DNA of 64,000 bases, taken from a virus. The notes beneath the pieces are model-generated. The model was not told the DNA's origin, ran no database searches, and saw only the letters and a list, made by a program, of their open reading frames with translations. Shown here in pieces: positions 45,398-55,171 of this stretch. The position numbers and the translations under genes are program-made. Location: positions 1 to 64,000 of the IMG/VR virus record IMGVR_UViG_3300030102_006903; one strand, 5' to 3'. Numbering within the stretch: the stretch's first letter is position 1; each line of letters starts with the position of its first letter.

Positions 45398-46242
45398 AGT
45401 GATTGAATATAATCGTTTAATCTATCCTCAGGTATCCAACCTAATCTTTCTAATGTGTCGTTATTTTCTCTTAATGTTTTACGATAGTTACCTGGTTGGT
45501 CTGGTAAGTAAAGAGATTCTAATTGTGGAAACCTCTCTTTAAACATATTAAACATTTCGTTTATAGAATAGTTTACTCCACACCCAAGTTCCCATGCATC
45601 TTCATGTACTTCAGTTCCAACTGCAACTTTATATAATCCATCTACGATATCTACTACATGAGTAAAATCTCTTCTTTGTTCTCCATCACCAACAATTGTA
45701 ATCTTTTCACCATCTCTAACTTGCCTTCTCCATATACCAATTACTGCTGCCCAATCTCCTTCAATTACTTCATCTGGTCCATATACATTGTAGAATCTAC
45801 AAATCTCTACATTTAAATCATAAGTTTTTTTGTATAGTTTACAAACTTCTTCACCTAAGTATTTGTATGCAGCGTATGGTGATTGTGATGGGTCATGGTG
45901 TTTTGAAGATGAACCTGCATATACAACTTTTACATTGTTATGTCTTGCCCACTCACAAACTGCTTCAGTTCCTCTAACATTAACTCTAAAAGTTTCTGTT
46001 GGATTTTCAAAAGAAGGTTGAATTCTACTTAGAGCAGCAAGGTGAAAACATAAATCATAATCTCCTTGAATATATTCAATTGTTTCAATATCACCTTCTA
46101 TATACTTTGCACCCTCAACATGATTATCTTTTGTACCAGTTTCATAATCATCTAATGAAACAACCTCATGTCCTTCATTTATTAATCTCTTAATTAGATT
46201 AGTACCAATAAATCCAGCACCACCTGTAACTAATACTTTCAT
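45394..46242 (-). CDS. NAD-dependent epimerase/dehydratase
   Basis: TGGAGFIG, HLAA, SPYAAYK, RFYNVYG, GDGEQRRDF. Confidence 0.93.
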   Translation of the reverse strand: MKVLVTGGAGFIGTNLIKRLINEGHEVVSLDDYETGTKDNHVEGAKYIEGDIETIEYIQGDYDLCFHLAALSRIQPSFENPTETFRVNVRGTEAVCEWARHNNVKVVYAGSSSKHHDPSQSPYAAYKYLGEEVCKLYKKTYDLNVEICRFYNVYGPDEVIEGDWAAVIGIWRRQVRDGEKITIVGDGEQRRDFTHVVDIVDGLYKVAVGTEVHEDAWELGCGVNYSINEMFNMFKERFPQLESLYLPDQPGNYRKTLRENNDTLERLGWIPEDRLNDYIQSL

Positions 46243-46541
46243 TTTACTATTCCTATTAATTGATGTTCGTTAAATAAAACAAACTCCTCATCACCTATTT
46301 CAATTTTATTTACTGCCTGTGATTTTTCATACATTACTGTATCTCCTACACTTACTGTCATTGGTATTCTTTCTCCACTTTGTGAGAATATACCAGTACC
46401 TACTGATACAACTTCACCATAAACTTTTTGGTTCATTGTAATGGAATCTGCAATAATGATTCCTCCTTTTGTTTTTGTTTCTGTTTGGGTAGCTCTTACT
46501 AAAACTCTATCACCCAATGGTTTAAATTTACCTGATTCCAT
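46239..46541 (-). CDS. groES: co-chaperonin GroES
   Basis: KPLGDRVLV, TKGGIII, GEVVSVGTG, VSVGDTV. Confidence 0.92.
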   Translation of the reverse strand: MESGKFKPLGDRVLVRATQTETKTKGGIIIADSITMNQKVYGEVVSVGTGIFSQSGERIPMTVSVGDTVMYEKSQAVNKIEIGDEEFVLFNEHQLIGIVK

Positions 46542-46770
46542 ATTTTATATTATTATGTTCTACTGTTCTATAAATCATGAATGAAATTGTTGAAAAAACT
46601 AATGTTTTCCAAATTCTTTTATTCAATGTCTTGTTTTCCTTTTCATTTACTCCTATTGCTTCTAAAAGAGTTGTTGGTGGTTCTTTATATTCCCATGATG
46701 GTTTAGCTGATACACAACTACCAAATAATATAATTCCACTAAATACTAATGATAATATTTTTTTTCTCAT
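46528..46770 (-). CDS. small lipoprotein with C-terminal hydrophobic segment
   Basis: Lipobox FGSC; C-terminal TLVFSTISFMIY. Confidence 0.55.
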   Translation of the reverse strand: MRKKILSLVFSGIILFGSCVSAKPSWEYKEPPTTLLEAIGVNEKENKTLNKRIWKTLVFSTISFMIYRTVEHNNIKYGIR

Positions 46771-47393
46771 ATTGTTTCGTAAAATTCGTTTTGTTGTTCT
46801 TGTCTATCTATTTGTTTAGGATGATACAAACACCATTGTTCCTCTGCAGGAAAGTTTGAGAATGTATCATAACCTGTTATTCTTTCATGTACTTTATTCA
46901 TCCAAGTAACATCTGGTGTGTTTTTGTAAATACGAGTTTGGTAATCAGGCCAATTTACCCATCCTTTTTCATTTACTTTCCATCCCCATTTTTGGATATG
47001 ACCATCTGTTAATCCTTCTACTGTATTTACTCTTGGTACAAATACAATATCGACAGGATTTTCTTGTAATACCTGTCCTAAATATTCCACTAAAAATTCA
47101 TGTGGAATTTCATCTGCATCTACTTGAAAAATATAATCTTTTGTACAATGTGATTTAAGATTATTTTTAAATGATGCAAAATCTTTATTTAATGGAAACC
47201 CTACAATTTTGTGATTTTCATGCATTGAATCCATTAGATTAAGATAATTCATTACTTCATCTGTTACCGATGATTCATCATATTGAATTACTATTTCATC
47301 TTCTTTTCTAATATGAAGTTGTAAAAAATTAAGAAGTTTTGTAATTTCTTGTATTTCATTACAAACTGTGATTGCGTAACTAATTGTTTTCAT
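46767..47393 (-). CDS. GT2 glycosyltransferase
   Basis: ITVCNE, DFASFKN, YIFQVDADE, WPDYQTRIY, VHE. Confidence 0.85.
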   Translation of the reverse strand: MKTISYAITVCNEIQEITKLLNFLQLHIRKEDEIVIQYDESSVTDEVMNYLNLMDSMHENHKIVGFPLNKDFASFKNNLKSHCTKDYIFQVDADEIPHEFLVEYLGQVLQENPVDIVFVPRVNTVEGLTDGHIQKWGWKVNEKGWVNWPDYQTRIYKNTPDVTWMNKVHERITGYDTFSNFPAEEQWCLYHPKQIDRQEQQNEFYETI

Positions 47394-48129
47394 TTTTATA
47401 ATATGTTAAAGTATAGTAATTCGGTACATCTTCAGGTATTTGGTCAGCGTTTTTTAAAGGAACCATTTCACCTTTTTCATTAAAGTATTCTGGTCTAACA
47501 TAATACTCTTTATACTTTGGTTTAATAGTAGTTTTATCACCATATTTTTCTAAAAATAATTCTTTTGGAACAACTCTTAAATCTTCTAAAAATACGATTC
47601 TACCATTATCTGTTAAATGTTTTTCAAAGTTATCTATAAGATTATCATGTAATTTAAAATCTAAATCTAAAGTAATCCTTCTTGATGTCTTTTCTCTTTT
47701 TTCTGTGGTTATCCCCATAAATTTTTTATGGTGTTCAAATTGTTCTTCAGTAATAAAAAATGGTGGATTCATTACTATTAAATCTACCTTAGGTCCATCA
47801 TAATTTTTAAAACCATCACTATGATAAAAATTTAATTCTTCATTATTTTTTTCACAAGTAACTTGTAAATCTTCTTCAACTGGTTTGTGTATATCTAAAA
47901 AATGAACTGAATCCATATTTAATGATTTATACAAATACCATCCGATAAAACCTGGTCCACTACATACTTCTAAAACAGATTTACAATCTTTGTGTTCTTC
48001 TAAAAAATCATCTTTACCGAAAAGGTATTTAATCATCAAGGGCCCTCCACCATTATGTCCAACTTGATAGTAGACATAAAAGTTACAACCCATTAAATCT
48101 TTTTTAACACAATATTTTCGGTTTACCAC
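47380..48129 (-). CDS. class I SAM-dependent methyltransferase (NPPF)
   Basis: VLEVCSGPGFIG, DLIVMNPPF. Confidence 0.8.
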   Translation of the reverse strand: MVNRKYCVKKDLMGCNFYVYYQVGHNGGGPLMIKYLFGKDDFLEEHKDCKSVLEVCSGPGFIGWYLYKSLNMDSVHFLDIHKPVEEDLQVTCEKNNEELNFYHSDGFKNYDGPKVDLIVMNPPFFITEEQFEHHKKFMGITTEKREKTSRRITLDLDFKLHDNLIDNFEKHLTDNGRIVFLEDLRVVPKELFLEKYGDKTTIKPKYKEYYVRPEYFNEKGEMVPLKNADQIPEDVPNYYTLTYYKNENN

Positions 48130-48135
48130 TTTTTA

Positions 48136-48678
48136 TTATATTATTGTTTGATTATTTTCTTCATCAATATCGGATATCTCATCTCTAAGAATATTTCTTT
48201 TTTCTGATGTTGTGGTTTTTGTTCCGAATAATCTATCTAATACATCTTGTTCAAACCTTATCTCATAGACATTTACAACCTTATCTAAAATGTAAGTTCT
48301 GTAATTATCTAATTCTTTACGATATAAGTTTCTATTATTTTTTACTGCAGAATTAAAAAGTTGTGCACCATCTCTTGAAAATCGTTTCAACATATATTCT
48401 AACCTTAGTTGAGAATTTGGTTCGATTCTTTTATCTCGTAACTTTCCAATAAATTGTGTAAAATGTAAAGGTAAAATAGGATTGAGTTTGATGCAGTGTA
48501 CTTTATTTTCAACTATACCTAAAACAAAAACATATCTTGATTCCTCTGCTTGTTTCGTTGCAGGAGTACCTCCTTTGTATGTAATTATACGATAAATATT
48601 TCTCGGTCTTATTTGTGAACGAGGTATCCTTTTTTCAGGTTTTAAAAATTTAGTATATTGTCTTGTATAAACAGGCAT
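48136..48678 (-). CDS. hypothetical basic protein
   Basis: 180-aa ORF; weak resemblance to T4 gp2-like DNA-end protectors (unverified). Confidence 0.6.
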   Translation of the reverse strand: MPVYTRQYTKFLKPEKRIPRSQIRPRNIYRIITYKGGTPATKQAEESRYVFVLGIVENKVHCIKLNPILPLHFTQFIGKLRDKRIEPNSQLRLEYMLKRFSRDGAQLFNSAVKNNRNLYRKELDNYRTYILDKVVNVYEIRFEQDVLDRLFGTKTTTSEKRNILRDEISDIDEENNQTII

Positions 48679-49937
48679 TATAATTTTTTAATTTCTGGTA
48701 ATTTTAGTTCCACATGCTGTTGAATCTTTACATATTGGTCAACAATACTTTTTAATTTTTTTGTCATTTCATTTAATGTAAAATTAGTATTGATATTTGT
48801 TTTAAGTCCAGCAGATTTTTTAAGATGTGTTTTATAGTTTTTATAAACATCAAAAATCCTTTGTGCAGCAGTTGAATAGTTTACATAAAACCATTTTGAT
48901 TCTGGTAATAAGAATTTATTCTGTGCAGATTGATGTACTTCTTTCAATTCACCATCTAAATAAACTGTATTTTCTTCTGGTAAGAAATCTGTATGTCCAC
49001 TCCACTTAGATACAATAATTGGTTTACCTGTTGTTGCAAACTCTGCAAGTGGTCTACCATATCCTTCTCCTTTTGTAAACATAATAAAAGATTTTACCTT
49101 CTCATCATTGTATAAATCATTTAATTCTGATTCAGATAAATCTCCCCATACTAAATGAATAGGAGGACACTTATCACCAAATTCTTTTGTTATCTCTTCT
49201 ACCTTTTCTTTTATAATTTCTCTATCACCAACTGAAAATCCTGCTGAAGATGTTTTTAAAATTAAACCTGGTTGTTGATTTTTTGGTAAACCTTTAAAAA
49301 CAGTACAGAATGTTTTAATCATCATACCTGTATCTTTTCTATCATGTCCTAAATCTCCACTTAACCAATGACCAACATATAAGAAATTAAAATCTGTTTC
49401 AACTGAATCTAAAATTGAACTTGAAGATTTTCCATTGAAAATAGTAGTATCAACTCCTTCAAATAAAACTTCAATTGGTTTTTCAACTTTTATTTCACCT
49501 ACTTGTTTTTGTGTTCTTTTATCAACTTGTGTATATTTAGTTTTTTCTAACACATCTTTTGTAAATTTAGATGGAGTTATAATTAAATCCATTTGATTAG
49601 AACCTTGAATAAAATCTTGTGGTGCAAGAGTCGTTTCAACCCCAGCAGTGATACCAATATTATACTTTCCAACTCTTCTAAATTCATTGGCAACTGATAC
49701 TTGGATGAAAACATCAATTTGTTTATCTACCTTCGTAACAATATTTTGTAATATTTTTTGACCAAATTCAGTTTGTGGATTGATTTGGTCTTGTGGAGTG
49801 TTTCCCCATCTCGTTGGTACTATTTTTATATCAAATTTATCTAATTCGAATAATGATTTCAAGATATCTCTTGAATGGTCACCATAACCACTTCTTGTTG
49901 CTATTGGTGCCTGAAATATTAATAATGGTTTATTCAT
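48678..49937 (-). CDS. GT4 (GT-B) glycosyltransferase
   Basis: RSGYG, FLYVG, RKD, KGEGYGRPLAE...GKPII. Confidence 0.88.
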   Translation of the reverse strand: MNKPLLIFQAPIATRSGYGDHSRDILKSLFELDKFDIKIVPTRWGNTPQDQINPQTEFGQKILQNIVTKVDKQIDVFIQVSVANEFRRVGKYNIGITAGVETTLAPQDFIQGSNQMDLIITPSKFTKDVLEKTKYTQVDKRTQKQVGEIKVEKPIEVLFEGVDTTIFNGKSSSSILDSVETDFNFLYVGHWLSGDLGHDRKDTGMMIKTFCTVFKGLPKNQQPGLILKTSSAGFSVGDREIIKEKVEEITKEFGDKCPPIHLVWGDLSESELNDLYNDEKVKSFIMFTKGEGYGRPLAEFATTGKPIIVSKWSGHTDFLPEENTVYLDGELKEVHQSAQNKFLLPESKWFYVNYSTAAQRIFDVYKNYKTHLKKSAGLKTNINTNFTLNEMTKKLKSIVDQYVKIQQHVELKLPEIKKL

Positions 49938-50208
49938 TTTCTAATTCTCTTATTCTGTTTTCTTCTTCTTGTCTTAAACATCTATCAATTGATATCTGAG
50001 TAAGTTTTGTAATTTCTTCTAAAGTTTCAGGTTCATGTGGTGAATTGTAACATTCGAACCTTGTTGTTTCAATTTCATTATCTTGTAAAACAATTAAATG
50101 ATAATCTTCATTTAGTTCTTTTCTATCATATAATGCCTTTCGAGATGCTTGAACTTGTTTATTTGTCCAATAACCAGGAAACCTTACAATAAAAATTGGT
50201 TTACTCAT
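49930..50208 (-). CDS. hypothetical protein
   Basis: 92-aa ORF coupled to both neighbours. Confidence 0.7.
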   Translation of the reverse strand: MSKPIFIVRFPGYWTNKQVQASRKALYDRKELNEDYHLIVLQDNEIETTRFECYNSPHEPETLEEITKLTQISIDRCLRQEEENRIRELENE

Positions 50209-51602
50209 TACTTCAGTTTATATACATTAAACTTTTGTTTTGGTTTCCAATTTTTTATTGCCTTTTCTATTCCATCTGCCATGCACTTGTTTTGGTATTT
50301 AGCATTCAATCCCATCTCACCTAAGAATTCTTTTCTACCTTTCTTTCCTGCCTTATCTCTTTCTTGAGGTGTTTTATCATACCAATACTTAATTGCATCT
50401 GCGACTTCATGTACATCTACCTTATCATCGATAATGTAAGGTGTTGGTATAGAACCAACCATAGTTTGAACTCTTGGCCATACTGGTTTTACCCACTCAC
50501 CATGAGTTACTTTATCTTCCCATTCTCTGTAATTATGAAGTGAACCGATTTGTTTATAATCATCTGCAGTAAAGTATTTTCCATTGGATTTCTTTTTGAA
50601 TCCACATTGGTCTTGCATACCACCAGTCACATTAACGATTATTGGTGTTTCTGCCATAACTGATTCAGCAGTTACTAAACCAAAACCTTCATTACCTGCG
50701 ATATTAATTGTACAATCTGCAATGTTATAAATGTAATTAAGTTCTTTTTGTGATATTCTTTCAGTTGAAAACTTTATATCACACTCAGGTGCAATTTTTT
50801 CTGCTACTTTAAATAGGTTTGTACCATTAGGGTCTTTTGGTGCAGTATGCATAATTAAACAAACCTTATCTTTATCTTCTTTTGGTAGAGTATCAACAAA
50901 CTTTTTAAACGCCCATATTACATCTGATGGTTGTTTTCTTTTGATGTTTCTGTTCATCCAAAATAAAATAAATTTATAATCTTTACCTGTGGTTACTTTA
51001 TCATGAAAATCTTTAGGTACTTCAACTTTTTTGTATGTTTCAGAATTGATACCATGTGGTACATAATCTACCTGCCAATCTTCAAGTGGTTTGATTGTAT
51101 TAGAATCAATCTTACCAACTCTACTTACAATACCATAAGTTTGTCTTGAAATACATCCTAACCAATCACAACTTTCGTAGTAATCTCTATTGTAATCGGG
51201 GTCTGGTAAATCATCCCATATATGATAAAACAGAATAGGAATATTTTGTCTTATTTCTGATTCCATTTCATACAACCACTTCCAATATCTAGGGTCTGTA
51301 AAGTGTAGAATTGCATCTGGTTGATGTCTCATAATTAGTTCTCTTAGAATATTAGCATCACCATAACCAGTCCAAGGAATGATTTTTAGAGAGGCATCTT
51401 CAATGCCAGTTTCTTTTCTGACATCAGCTCCTAAATCAATTTCTTTACCTTTTTCTGGATGATTAACTGCTGCTCCTAATTGTACCCAATGAAATTTATC
51501 CAAAGTACCTAATACGAATTCTTTGGAAACAGTTGCTATACCTGATGACATTCTCAGGTCATCTGATAATAGAAGAATCTTCTTCTTTTTGTCTTTTGCC
51601 AT
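50208..51602 (-). CDS. GT4 (GT-B) glycosyltransferase
   Basis: SGIA, YVPHGI, NRNIKRK, NEGFGLVTAESVMAETPII. Confidence 0.88.
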   Translation of the reverse strand: MAKDKKKKILLLSDDLRMSSGIATVSKEFVLGTLDKFHWVQLGAAVNHPEKGKEIDLGADVRKETGIEDASLKIIPWTGYGDANILRELIMRHQPDAILHFTDPRYWKWLYEMESEIRQNIPILFYHIWDDLPDPDYNRDYYESCDWLGCISRQTYGIVSRVGKIDSNTIKPLEDWQVDYVPHGINSETYKKVEVPKDFHDKVTTGKDYKFILFWMNRNIKRKQPSDVIWAFKKFVDTLPKEDKDKVCLIMHTAPKDPNGTNLFKVAEKIAPECDIKFSTERISQKELNYIYNIADCTINIAGNEGFGLVTAESVMAETPIIVNVTGGMQDQCGFKKKSNGKYFTADDYKQIGSLHNYREWEDKVTHGEWVKPVWPRVQTMVGSIPTPYIIDDKVDVHEVADAIKYWYDKTPQERDKAGKKGRKEFLGEMGLNAKYQNKCMADGIEKAIKNWKPKQKFNVYKLK

Positions 51603-51612
51603 TAACCTTTAT

Positions 51613-51753
51613 TTAAATTGTTCTAAATCTTCTTCGGTTATTCAACTGTACTCTCATCGTGTTTCCGAGATATTGTTTTGTTTTAACTCTATCGTTAAAT
51701 TCTTCACGAGTTTGATTAAGTTGAGTATTACCGTTATCTTGTTGTTGTCTCAT
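51613..51753 (-). CDS. hypothetical 46-aa protein
   Basis: Manual translation MRQQQDNGNTQLNQTREEFNDRVKTKQYLGNTMRVQLNNRRRFRTI; fills the gap. Confidence 0.55.
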   Translation of the reverse strand: MRQQQDNGNTQLNQTREEFNDRVKTKQYLGNTMRVQLNNRRRFRTI

Positions 51754-51755
51754 GC

Positions 51756-51950
51756 TTAAAATTGTGAACCACTAACTTGTAGGTTCTCGTAATTGTTAAT
51801 TTCAGTTCTAAAATCTTCGTCCTCAATATACTTGTCAACTGAACGATTAACAAGTTTCTGAAGTGTGATATTGGAATCAAATGAAATCCTTTTAAATTTT
51901 GAGTAAATATCTTTAATGATTTTTACTGTTGTTAATTTTGTATCTGCCAT
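51756..51950 (-). CDS. small ribbon-helix-helix-like DNA-binding protein
   Basis: KLTTVKI (strand)-DIYSKFKR (helix)-TLQKLVNRSVDKY (helix); first gene of the glycan operon. Confidence 0.55.
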   Translation of the reverse strand: MADTKLTTVKIIKDIYSKFKRISFDSNITLQKLVNRSVDKYIEDEDFRTEINNYENLQVSGSQF

Positions 51951-51972
51951 AACTCTCCAATTTGTTATTTTA

Positions 51973-51980
51973 TATAAATA
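51973..51980 (-). promoter_or_regulatory. putative late-promoter motif TATTTATA
   Basis: Exact motif heading the glycosyltransferase gene run. Confidence 0.55.
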
Positions 51981-52014
51981 TATATAAATTTATAAAAAGT
52001 ACAAAAAATGTTAA

Positions 52015-52875
52015 TTAATTCCATGCAGAACAAAGACCTCTTTGTTTAAATTCGCACCAATCACAATGTCTACCTTTTGTATGAGGAAATACTTCTTGTA
52101 TAACATTTCCTCCTTCATCAAATACAGAATCAACAAATCCCATGAACCCATCCCATGCTCTTTTTACTGAAGGTTTACCATTTGCTGGTACAAACTTGGA
52201 TATTCTTGGAATAGGAAATTCGTAATTTTCGTTTATCTTTCTTTTTAGGATTTGATATTCTACTTTAATTTTATCTAAAGGTATATCGTATTTCTCAGAG
52301 TAAAACTTTTTATATAGTAACATCTGAGAAGTTTTTATTTTGTTTGCTTTTTGATATTTGTTCCAACCTCTTGTAGATGTTTTCAAATCTATGATAACAT
52401 ATTCTTGGGTGGTTTTATCTTTTAGTAATACATCAATAAACCCAACAAAATTTACACCTTCTTTAATTTTTGCGTTCAGAACTTGTTCTATTGCAACTAA
52501 TTCAAAACCACTCTTGGTGTATAATTTATCTAATTTTTTTGTGAAGTATGATAATATTAGTTTACCATCTTGAAAGAATTCACCTAACTCTTCTTTTTTA
52601 CATGGATACATTCCTTCATCCATCTTTTCTGATTCTTTCTTAAAATGTTCTACCATTTGATTGTACAACATTGTTTCTAAATCTAATTGCAGTGCCTGTT
52701 TCTTGGTTACATTATACATAACATCCAAAAAGTGTTGGATGGTTTCGTGCATTGCACTACCGAAAATTGTGTGGATATTTGCTGAAGAAGTTCCTAACTT
52801 ATCAATATAATTTAGTTTATATTGTTCTTGACAAGTTGAGTACATTCCATATTGTGAGTAACTTACTCTCGCCAT
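52015..52875 (-). CDS. PD-(D/E)XK nuclease, Cas4/RecB/AddB-like
   Basis: SYSQ..C, FGSAMHE, GFIDVL, IIDLKTS, QMLLY, CDWCEF...C. Confidence 0.88.
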   Translation of the reverse strand: MARVSYSQYGMYSTCQEQYKLNYIDKLGTSSANIHTIFGSAMHETIQHFLDVMYNVTKKQALQLDLETMLYNQMVEHFKKESEKMDEGMYPCKKEELGEFFQDGKLILSYFTKKLDKLYTKSGFELVAIEQVLNAKIKEGVNFVGFIDVLLKDKTTQEYVIIDLKTSTRGWNKYQKANKIKTSQMLLYKKFYSEKYDIPLDKIKVEYQILKRKINENYEFPIPRISKFVPANGKPSVKRAWDGFMGFVDSVFDEGGNVIQEVFPHTKGRHCDWCEFKQRGLCSAWN

Positions 52876-52894
52876 AATACTTTTATTTACTATG

Positions 52895-52926
52895 TAAATA
52901 TACGAAAAATAACTGAAAAATCCAAA
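52895..52926 (-). promoter_or_regulatory. early promoter
   Basis: TTTGGATT...TTTCGTATATTTA. Confidence 0.75.
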
Positions 52927-52928
52927 TT

Positions 52929-54185
52929 TTAGATGGACTTTTTTCCTTCTATTTTAACTGGTGATATATCTTCAAATTTACCACCATGTAACTCTTCAAT
53001 TTTTCTTATATGTTTTGTTCTCCAATCAGTCGATACTGTCGATTCATCAAACTTTTCATAGGATTCCATATAATCAATCATAGCATCAATTTCATTTTGT
53101 GTTTTTTGTGGATATTTCTTTTTACTTTTATTTAAGAAAATCTTTATTTTATCTTTTTCTACTTGAGATATTTCTGCTAATGAAAATTCTGCTGGAGACC
53201 AAGCATAATAAAAATCAATATGTTCTGAGGTTTTTATGTGTTCCTTTTTTAACATATATTCAATAAAATCAAATATATGATAAACATTCATTATTGTTGT
53301 TGTATATTGAAACCCATACATTATACCCTGTCCAATCTCAAATGGGGTTTTTGGTTCAGCATATTTTTTTATTATTTCTAAATTACTTTCAAATCTCTTA
53401 GTATTAAAACCAGTCCTTTGATATTCACCAACCTTTCCAATACCATCACATGAAATCGATAAGTAAACTCTTTCAAATCCCCTCCATAAATCGATTAAAC
53501 TTTGTTCATCATATTTTATTACTGATAAGTTTGTATTATAATGTATTGATAATTTTCTAAGTTCTTTCGTTTCACCTTTCCAAAACATGGTATGAATTTT
53601 CATATTTTCATGCAGATGTTTTAAAACTTTGAAATGTTCTGGCATTATAAGAGGTTCACCACCAGCAAAATAAAAACTTTTAATGTTACTTAAATGAGGG
53701 ATTAAATCTTCAACAATCGTTTCACTTGCTCTAATTACTTTAGTTTTTTTATCTAAGTTATTAAATGGATGTAATTTTTTATAATCCTCATACCAGTTTG
53801 AAGAAAAATCATGATTACACATTCTACATTTAAAATTACATAAATTAGAAAATCTTATATCGATATGTTGAAAATCTGATGGTACTGAAAAATCATCTGC
53901 AACTTCTGGTTGTACCCATAAAGAGTTTTTATTGAAATCTATTCTTGGTGAGTGGCCTGTACTATCTTCTCGTTTGTAACAAATATCACAAGCCTTATTT
54001 CTTTTCCCCTCCAACATATCCTTTCTAAGGTTTTTCATTTGTGGAGAATTGAATGCGTTTTCAATACTCATCTTTTGCAGATTAAGTGCTTCATCAAAAC
54101 CTCCTGCGATACAACAAGGTTTTACTTCACCATCCGCTTGTGAATACAAATGTAGAAAGGGTAATTTACAATATGTGGAACTCAT
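52929..54185 (-). CDS. radical SAM protein with N-terminal SPASM/twitch domain
   Basis: CKLPF...PCC...CDIC; NLCNFKCRMC; FAGGEP; YNTN; ISCDG. Confidence 0.9.
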   Translation of the reverse strand: MSSTYCKLPFLHLYSQADGEVKPCCIAGGFDEALNLQKMSIENAFNSPQMKNLRKDMLEGKRNKACDICYKREDSTGHSPRIDFNKNSLWVQPEVADDFSVPSDFQHIDIRFSNLCNFKCRMCNHDFSSNWYEDYKKLHPFNNLDKKTKVIRASETIVEDLIPHLSNIKSFYFAGGEPLIMPEHFKVLKHLHENMKIHTMFWKGETKELRKLSIHYNTNLSVIKYDEQSLIDLWRGFERVYLSISCDGIGKVGEYQRTGFNTKRFESNLEIIKKYAEPKTPFEIGQGIMYGFQYTTTIMNVYHIFDFIEYMLKKEHIKTSEHIDFYYAWSPAEFSLAEISQVEKDKIKIFLNKSKKKYPQKTQNEIDAMIDYMESYEKFDESTVSTDWRTKHIRKIEELHGGKFEDISPVKIEGKKSI

Positions 54186-54631
54186 ACCTTTAATTTTAAC
54201 TTTGTGATTTGCTTCTTTTCAACACCATACTTCTCACATAAATATTTAATATTTTCTCTTCCCTCTCGTGTTGCATAAAGAATTTCACAATAATCAAGTG
54301 CCTCAGAGGAAGAACATTGGAAATCTTGTTGAATTAACTCCAATAAGAAACTTTCATACTTAGTTTCTTTCTTTCCTTTAGTGTATTTTAAGTAATACCT
54401 TCCCTTAGGCAACAATCCAATTAAAAGTTGATATAGTTGTTTAGGTTCTAATGTTTGTGTAAATGGTTGGATTTCTGATATAGTTTCAATCCAATCTGAA
54501 TTCATAGATAAGAAACGATGAATCATGTAGTTACTCCATGTTTTCTTATCACTTTCTTCAAGTTTATCCCAATAATTGGGGTCTTGAAATTGTGTAACTG
54601 CTTTTATATGGTCAAATAATGTTTTAGCCAT
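54182..54631 (-). CDS. gp62: clamp loader small subunit (T4 gp62-like)
   Basis: LFDHIKAV...WSNYMIHRFLSM...YLKYTK; located near the clamp loader ATPase. Confidence 0.7.
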   Translation of the reverse strand: MAKTLFDHIKAVTQFQDPNYWDKLEESDKKTWSNYMIHRFLSMNSDWIETISEIQPFTQTLEPKQLYQLLIGLLPKGRYYLKYTKGKKETKYESFLLELIQQDFQCSSSEALDYCEILYATREGRENIKYLCEKYGVEKKQITKLKLKV

Positions 54632-54890
54632 CTAAATCTGTAATTACAGGTTTTAATTCTTCTGGTAATAATTCCTTACAAATCTCACCACAATCACCAC
54701 AGAGATATAACTCAACTGGTATGATTGCATCTTTTGCTTGACCTGTAACTAATCTTGATATTTTTAAAAATTTATTTGCAGGAATAAATACTGACCCATT
54801 ACATTCTTGACAAGTCATTTCCTTTGCATCTTTTAAATCTACTTTTGGTTGTTGAGGTGGTTGTCCTCCTCCTCCTAATATTTGTGCCAT
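54624..54890 (-). CDS. Zn-ribbon protein
   Basis: CQEC...CGDC. Confidence 0.75.
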   Translation of the reverse strand: MAQILGGGGQPPQQPKVDLKDAKEMTCQECNGSVFIPANKFLKISRLVTGQAKDAIIPVELYLCGDCGEICKELLPEELKPVITDLDG

Positions 54891-54902
54891 ATTATTATTT
54901 GT

Positions 54903-55121
54903 TTAATCGAACCACTGGTCTCTATTCGTCTTTATTTTATGAATACCAGTCTTTCTAAGTGTATCTCTTTTCTTTTCTTTGAACTCTTGTACTTTTTTCT
55001 TAAAGTTTTTCTTTTTGAATGCCTCTACACCATCAAGATATTCTAAAAAAGAATCAAAATCTTCTTTTCCTAACTTATCAAGTTGTTCATCAGTTAAAGG
55101 GTTTTTAGGGTCGTACTTCAT
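54903..55121 (-). CDS. hypothetical protein
   Basis: 72-aa ORF after an early promoter. Confidence 0.7.
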   Translation of the reverse strand: MKYDPKNPLTDEQLDKLGKEDFDSFLEYLDGVEAFKKKNFKKKVQEFKEKKRDTLRKTGIHKIKTNRDQWFD

Positions 55122-55139
55122 GTTTTATAATTTATATTA

Positions 55140-55171
55140 CAAATATAGTAAAAATATTTGAATTATCCAAA
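55140..55171 (-). promoter_or_regulatory. early promoter
   Basis: TTTGGAT...TTTACTATATTTG. Confidence 0.7.

Noticed and set aside
52015-52875. Cas4-like nuclease as a sign of CRISPR-Cas
   Set aside because: No repeat-spacer array or other cas genes seen; solo Cas4/RecB-like nucleases are common in phage replication regions.
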